Position numbers and translations under genes: made by a program | Source: an uncultured Pseudomonadota bacterium | Lineage (GTDB): Bacteria; Pseudomonadota; Gammaproteobacteria; Burkholderiales; Methylophilaceae | Direction: 5' to 3' | DNA: 55,958 bases | Assembly (NCBI GenBank): GCA_903860085.1 | Contig: CAIOPD010000071.1 | Coordinates: forward strand, 1 to 55,958 | The notes under the pieces: generated by a model | Told to the model about the DNA's origin: nothing | Databases searched by the model: none | What the model saw: only the letters and a program-made list of their open reading frames with translations | In this document: one piece after another, positions 51,387 through 55,958 of the stretch | Layout: every line of letters begins with the position of its first letter | How positions within the stretch are numbered: the first letter of the stretch is position 1

Positions 51387-52103
51387 TTATGCTACTGATT
51401 GCTGTGTTTCGCGCTCGATATCTTCTAAAGAACTGTGTCGTACGTCAATGCCTTTTACCATATACACCACATATTCTGCGATGTTTTTAGCATGATCACC
51501 GATACGTTCAATAGCTTTAGCCACAAACAACACTTCCAATGACATTGATATAGTCCGCGGATCTTCTAACATAAAGGTAATGAGCTGACGCATGGCCGCA
51601 CGAAATTGCTCATCTACCAATTCATCCTGCTTAGCCACTTCAACCGTTTTACTAACATCTAAACGTGCAAAACCATCTAGGGCAGTACGCAACATATCGC
51701 GCACTAAAGCCACCATCGATTTAATTTCGTTGAAACGTGGCTTATACATGCGATCTTCATCGTAAATTTTCTGTGCAGTACGTGCGATTTTAGTCGCCTC
51801 GTCACCAATACGCTCCAGGTCGGTAATGGTCTTTACCATCATCATTACCATGCGTAAATCACCAGCAGCTGGCTGACGGCGAGCAATAATATGGCTGCAA
51901 TCTTCATCAATTTCGATTTCAAGTGTATTCACACGCTTGTCATTAACCATGACTTCTTTGGCAAGATTAGTGTCAAGTTTTACCAACGCTTCTAACGCCT
52001 GTACGATTTGTAGCTCAACTAAGCCACCCATTTCAAGTACTTTGGCACGTACCGCTTCTAATTCGGCGTCGTATTGCTTAAAGGTATGTTCAGTTTGCAT
52101 CAT
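51387..52103 (-). CDS. phoU: Phosphate signalling protein PhoU
   Basis: ARRQPAAGDLR, DLERIGD, IERIGDHAKNIAE. Confidence 0.96.
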   Translation of the reverse strand: MMQTEHTFKQYDAELEAVRAKVLEMGGLVELQIVQALEALVKLDTNLAKEVMVNDKRVNTLEIEIDEDCSHIIARRQPAAGDLRMVMMMVKTITDLERIGDEATKIARTAQKIYDEDRMYKPRFNEIKSMVALVRDMLRTALDGFARLDVSKTVEVAKQDELVDEQFRAAMRQLITFMLEDPRTISMSLEVLFVAKAIERIGDHAKNIAEYVVYMVKGIDVRHSSLEDIERETQQSVA

Positions 52104-52176
52104 GCTTCCTTGGGAATTTTACTAATGATACCGCTTAAATTTTAACTACTCTAACTTCCCATACTAATGGTCAATT

Positions 52177-52194
52177 ATGACAACAGTATTTCAG
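52177..52194 (-). promoter_or_regulatory. Putative Pho box upstream of phoU
   Basis: CTGAAAT-actg-TTGTCAT versus consensus CTGTCAT-N4-CTGTCAT. Confidence 0.5.
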
Positions 52195-52230
52195 ACTTAA
52201 TATACTAGCCCACAGCAACAGAAATACTAA

Positions 52231-52905
52231 TTATTTTTTATAAGTTTTAACGCCATCCGCAGTAGCCAGCAACAATACGTTCGCTGGGCGAGCGGCAAAC
52301 AAACCATTAGTGACTACGCCGACGATTTGATTGATCTTGGCTTCCATTGCAATCGGGTCAGCAATACTTAAACCATGCACGTCTAAAATAACATTGCCGT
52401 TATCCGTAGTAAAGTTGCGTAACGCTGGTTGGCCACCTAATTTGACTAGTTCACGCGCTACATAGCTTTTAGCCATCGGCAATACCTCAACTGGTAATGG
52501 GAATTTACCCAGCACCGCAACGTACTTGCTTTCATCACAAATACAAATGAACTGCTTAGCCACCGCAGCCACGATTTTTTCTCGGGTTAATGCGCCACCG
52601 CCACCTTTAATCATATGCAAGTGCTCGGTAATCTCATCTGCGCCATCGACATAAATATCCATGCTATCCACGCTATTTAAGTCAAACACCTCAATACCAT
52701 GCGCACGAAGGCGTTGCGCTGTTGCTTCAGAACTGGCGACCGCGCCATCGATTTTATGTTTTACTTTAGCTAACTCATCAATGAAAAAGTTGGCCGTTGA
52801 GCCAGTACCCACTCCAATAATACCGCCTTTTACATACTCAACAGCCGCTTTTGCAACCTGTTGTTTAAGTTCGTCTTGTGATAACTTCGTTTCATTTTTC
52901 TGCAT
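52231..52905 (-). CDS. rpiA: Ribose-5-phosphate isomerase A
   Basis: [23 protein letters not shown]. Confidence 0.97.
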   Translation of the reverse strand: MQKNETKLSQDELKQQVAKAAVEYVKGGIIGVGTGSTANFFIDELAKVKHKIDGAVASSEATAQRLRAHGIEVFDLNSVDSMDIYVDGADEITEHLHMIKGGGGALTREKIVAAVAKQFICICDESKYVAVLGKFPLPVEVLPMAKSYVARELVKLGGQPALRNFTTDNGNVILDVHGLSIADPIAMEAKINQIVGVVTNGLFAARPANVLLLATADGVKTYKK

Positions 52906-53006
52906 TTTGGTTATATCCCTACATTTTCTTTATAATTACAAACATCTACCACTATACACTGCATGGCCTTTGAATGAAAATTGCCAAAGGCATCTGAATA
53001 CTTACC

Positions 53007-54536
53007 ATGACTCAAGTAACGCTTAGCATCAACGATTATTTAAATAAAATAAAAAACTCACGCGTGTATGACGTGGCAAAAATCACGCCACTTGAACTGC
53101 AACCCAACCTATCTAAACGCATACAGAACAACGTGTTTTTAAAGCGCGAAGATATGCAACCAGTGTTCTCGTTTAAATTACGTGGCGCTTATAACAAAAT
53201 GGCGCAATTGCCTGCTGCCACCCTTGCTAAAGGCGTGATTGCAGCCAGTGCTGGCAACCATGCTCAAGGTGTAGCGCTTAGTGCACAAAAGCTTGGTTGC
53301 AGAGCAGTGATTGTGATGCCTACCACTACGCCGCAAATAAAAATCAATGCGGTCAAAAGCCGCGGCGCGGAGGTGATTCTCTTTGGCGATAGTTATACTG
53401 ACGCCTATACAAGGGCACAGGAGTTAGAAAAAACTGAAGGCCTTACTTTTGTACACCCTTACGACGACCCTGACGTTATTGCCGGTCAAGGCACTATCGC
53501 ACTCGAAATACTTAACCAACACCCAGGTCCTATTCACGCTATATTTTGCTGTGTAGGTGGTGGTGGCCTTCTGGCGGGCGTTGCTGCTTACATTAAGGCT
53601 ATGCGCCCTGAAATTAGAGTGATTGGCGTCGAAGCCAAAGATGCCGAGGCCATGACGCAATCTCTCAAGCTTGGGCATCGCGTTATGCTTGATCAAGTGG
53701 GATTGTTTGCCGATGGTGCTGCCGTAAAACAAGTCGGCGAGCATACTTTTGCCTTATGCCAGCAATATGTAGATGAAATGATCGTAGTTGATAATGATGC
53801 TATCTGCGCAGCAATTAAAGATGTATTTGAAGATACTCGTAGCATTTTAGAGCCTGCTGGCGCCCTCGCAACTGCTGGTATAAAAGAGTATGCCAAACGC
53901 AATCAGTTGCGGGACGAAACCTTGATTGGTATCGCTTCTGGCGCGAATATGAATTTCGACCGCTTGCGCTTTATTGCAGAGCGCGCTGAAGTTGGTGAAA
54001 AGCGTGAGGCAGTATTAGCTGTGAGTATTCCCGAGCAGCCGGGTGCGTTTAAAACTTTCTGCCATCTGCTGGGTGATCGTAATATCACTGAGTTTAACTA
54101 CCGATATTCTGATCCAAAAATTGCGCATATCTTTGTCGGCGTTGCTATTGCCGACCCTAGTGAAGCCACCAATTTGGTCGCGGCTCTTCAAGCTAAAGGC
54201 TTACCCGCATTAGATTTAACAGATAATGAAGTGGCCAAGTTGCATTTGCGGCATTTAGTAGGTGGACATGCCCCACAAGCCACCAATGAAGTGGTGTTTA
54301 GATTTGAGTTTCCGGAAAAACCTGGCGCTCTCATGAAATTTTTAGATACCATGGGCCACGACTGGAATATTAGCTTGTTCCATTACCGTAATCATGGCGC
54401 TGACTTTGGTCGCGTGCTGGTTGGCATGCAGGTGCCACCGGCTGATACAAATCAGTTCCATGAGTTTTTAGATCAACTAGGTTATCCGCACTGGGATGAA
54501 ACTGAAAACCCTGCCTATAAGTTATTTTTGGGTTAG
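53007..54536 (+). CDS. ilvA: Threonine ammonia-lyase, biosynthetic
   Basis: KRED.QPVFSFKLRGA, SAGNHAQG, ACT domains, HYRNHG. Confidence 0.97.
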   Translation: MTQVTLSINDYLNKIKNSRVYDVAKITPLELQPNLSKRIQNNVFLKREDMQPVFSFKLRGAYNKMAQLPAATLAKGVIAASAGNHAQGVALSAQKLGCRAVIVMPTTTPQIKINAVKSRGAEVILFGDSYTDAYTRAQELEKTEGLTFVHPYDDPDVIAGQGTIALEILNQHPGPIHAIFCCVGGGGLLAGVAAYIKAMRPEIRVIGVEAKDAEAMTQSLKLGHRVMLDQVGLFADGAAVKQVGEHTFALCQQYVDEMIVVDNDAICAAIKDVFEDTRSILEPAGALATAGIKEYAKRNQLRDETLIGIASGANMNFDRLRFIAERAEVGEKREAVLAVSIPEQPGAFKTFCHLLGDRNITEFNYRYSDPKIAHIFVGVAIADPSEATNLVAALQAKGLPALDLTDNEVAKLHLRHLVGGHAPQATNEVVFRFEFPEKPGALMKFLDTMGHDWNISLFHYRNHGADFGRVLVGMQVPPADTNQFHEFLDQLGYPHWDETENPAYKLFLG

Positions 54537-54730
54537 TTTTTAGTCTATATACCCAATCAAAACTAAGCCGCTTTAAATTAATACATAAAAGCCAAGAGTA
54601 GATCTTGCTTATATCCAACAGTCGGTTAAGTATGGATATTCACCTAGATTGAACCTAAACCGGCATGGCGTGCCTTACTTAGTATTAATAAATAAGAAAA
54701 AATAAGATTGGACAAAAGGAGCAATAAAGC

Positions 54731-55792
54731 ATGAAATTAACGCATTGGATAATGGTTTTCGCAACGGGGATCTGTTTAAACGCGAGTGCCACAGCCGCTG
54801 ACCGCGGAAAAGCCTATGTTTCAAATCAGGACGGGGGCGTTACGGTAATCGACCTAAACACGCTAACCACTGACACTGTCATTGACGTTAAGGCTGATGG
54901 TCCACGCGGCCTTGCCGTAAGCGAAGATGGTAAATTGCTGATAGTTGCCACCCGCGAAAATGGGAGTATTTCTATCATTGATACCGCAACTAACGAAGTG
55001 GTGAAGCAAATTGCTGTTGGTAAAAATCCAGAGTTTGTGCGCGTGCGCGGAAACTTTGCTTTTGTTTCCTACGAACCGAGCTCTAAAGGTGGTCCTCCGC
55101 CAGTAGCAGGTGCTGTAGCTACTGCGGCCCCCGAAGAGGCCGATGACGATAAAGAACCTGCGCGTATTGGTATTGTGGATTTAAAGCTTGGCAAAAAAGT
55201 ACGCGAAATTATCGGTGGCCCTGAAACTGAAGGCATTGAATTTAGCCGTGACGGCAAGCAACTAGTGATCACTAACGAAGCCGACAATACGGTGACTGTG
55301 CACAGCATGAAAACTGGAAAATTACTCAAAACTATTCCAACGCATGATTATGGTGACAGGCCTCGTGGCATCAAGGTTTCACCTGATGGTAAAACCTACA
55401 TAGTAACCCTAGAGTTCAGCAATAAATTCATGGTGATGGACAAGAAATTTAAGGTGTTACGCACAGTGGATACTGGTGGCGCACCTTATGGTGTTGCTTA
55501 TGACCGTAACGGCGAGCGCATTTTTATTGCCGCTAACAAGGCCAAGGCGCTGGAGGTGTATGACGCAAAAACCTTTGAAAAGATTAAAGACATCACTACG
55601 GGTAACCGTTGCTGGCACTTTAGCTTCACACCGGATGACAAAGAAATTCTGCTCGCTTGCGGCAAGTCTGACGCAGTGTTTGTAATTGATGTCGAAAAAC
55701 TTGAAGTAACCAAGCAAATTCAAGATAAGAAAATGCCTTGGGGCGTAGTAACTTACCCTAAATCTATGGGTAGCCTAGATAAGCCTTTGTAG
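54731..55792 (+). CDS. Secreted YVTN/cytochrome d1-like beta-propeller protein
   Basis: Signal peptide and repeated blades (YVSN, PRGLAVS.DG, PEFV, TEGIEFS.DG, PRGIKVSPDG, PYGV). Confidence 0.85.
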   Translation: MKLTHWIMVFATGICLNASATAADRGKAYVSNQDGGVTVIDLNTLTTDTVIDVKADGPRGLAVSEDGKLLIVATRENGSISIIDTATNEVVKQIAVGKNPEFVRVRGNFAFVSYEPSSKGGPPPVAGAVATAAPEEADDDKEPARIGIVDLKLGKKVREIIGGPETEGIEFSRDGKQLVITNEADNTVTVHSMKTGKLLKTIPTHDYGDRPRGIKVSPDGKTYIVTLEFSNKFMVMDKKFKVLRTVDTGGAPYGVAYDRNGERIFIAANKAKALEVYDAKTFEKIKDITTGNRCWHFSFTPDDKEILLACGKSDAVFVIDVEKLEVTKQIQDKKMPWGVVTYPKSMGSLDKPL

Positions 55793-55810
55793 TTAATGCC
55801 TGTAATGACG

Positions 55811-55838
55811 AAAAAGCCGCGCATGCGCGGCTTTTTTT
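55811..55838 (+). terminator. Intrinsic terminator after the beta-propeller gene
   Basis: AAAAAGCCGCGC-at-GCGCGGCTTTTTTT. Confidence 0.88.
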
Positions 55839-55958
55839 ATTAAGATTTGGTGTGACTTCGCTGTTGACCAATTTGCTTATTGATTAATAAGATATATCTG
55901 TATTTTCTATAAATTTTCGATAGTGAAATTTACTTGATTGAATATCCTGATAGCAGAC

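Overview
This 56-kb window is dense core chromosome from a betaproteobacterium, most likely Methylophilaceae (Methylotenera-like; inferred from gene order and protein similarity). It carries purM-perM-hda, ahpCF with an OxyR box, bepA-soxY-soxZ, moaC, kdsD-kdsC-lptCAB-rpoN-hpf-hprK-rapZ-PTS, prlC, xth, def-fmt-rsmB-DUF4390-ntrY-ntrX, dprA-smg, metK and an SAH-riboswitch-led ahcY-metF unit, dapF-yigA-xerC, sodB, a TonB-dependent receptor, dgkA, yggX, phoU, rpiA, ilvA and a YVTN beta-propeller. I saw no rRNA, tRNA, CRISPR array, IS element or prophage. Three signals missed by the ORF track stand out. (1) A DUF2946/CruR-type leader ORF (signal peptide, His-rich CxxC, C-terminal RAPP arrest motif) precedes the TonB receptor and is frameshifted by one extra copy of an 11-bp tandem repeat, a candidate repeat-switchable metal-sensing attenuator. 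(2) The competence locus is decaying: a LysM/TsaP relic and a pseudogenised DprA winged-helix tail. (3) An orphan SoxYZ pair with a non-canonical ENGCG arm is coupled to bepA. All family assignments come from motif recognition by eye, not database searches.
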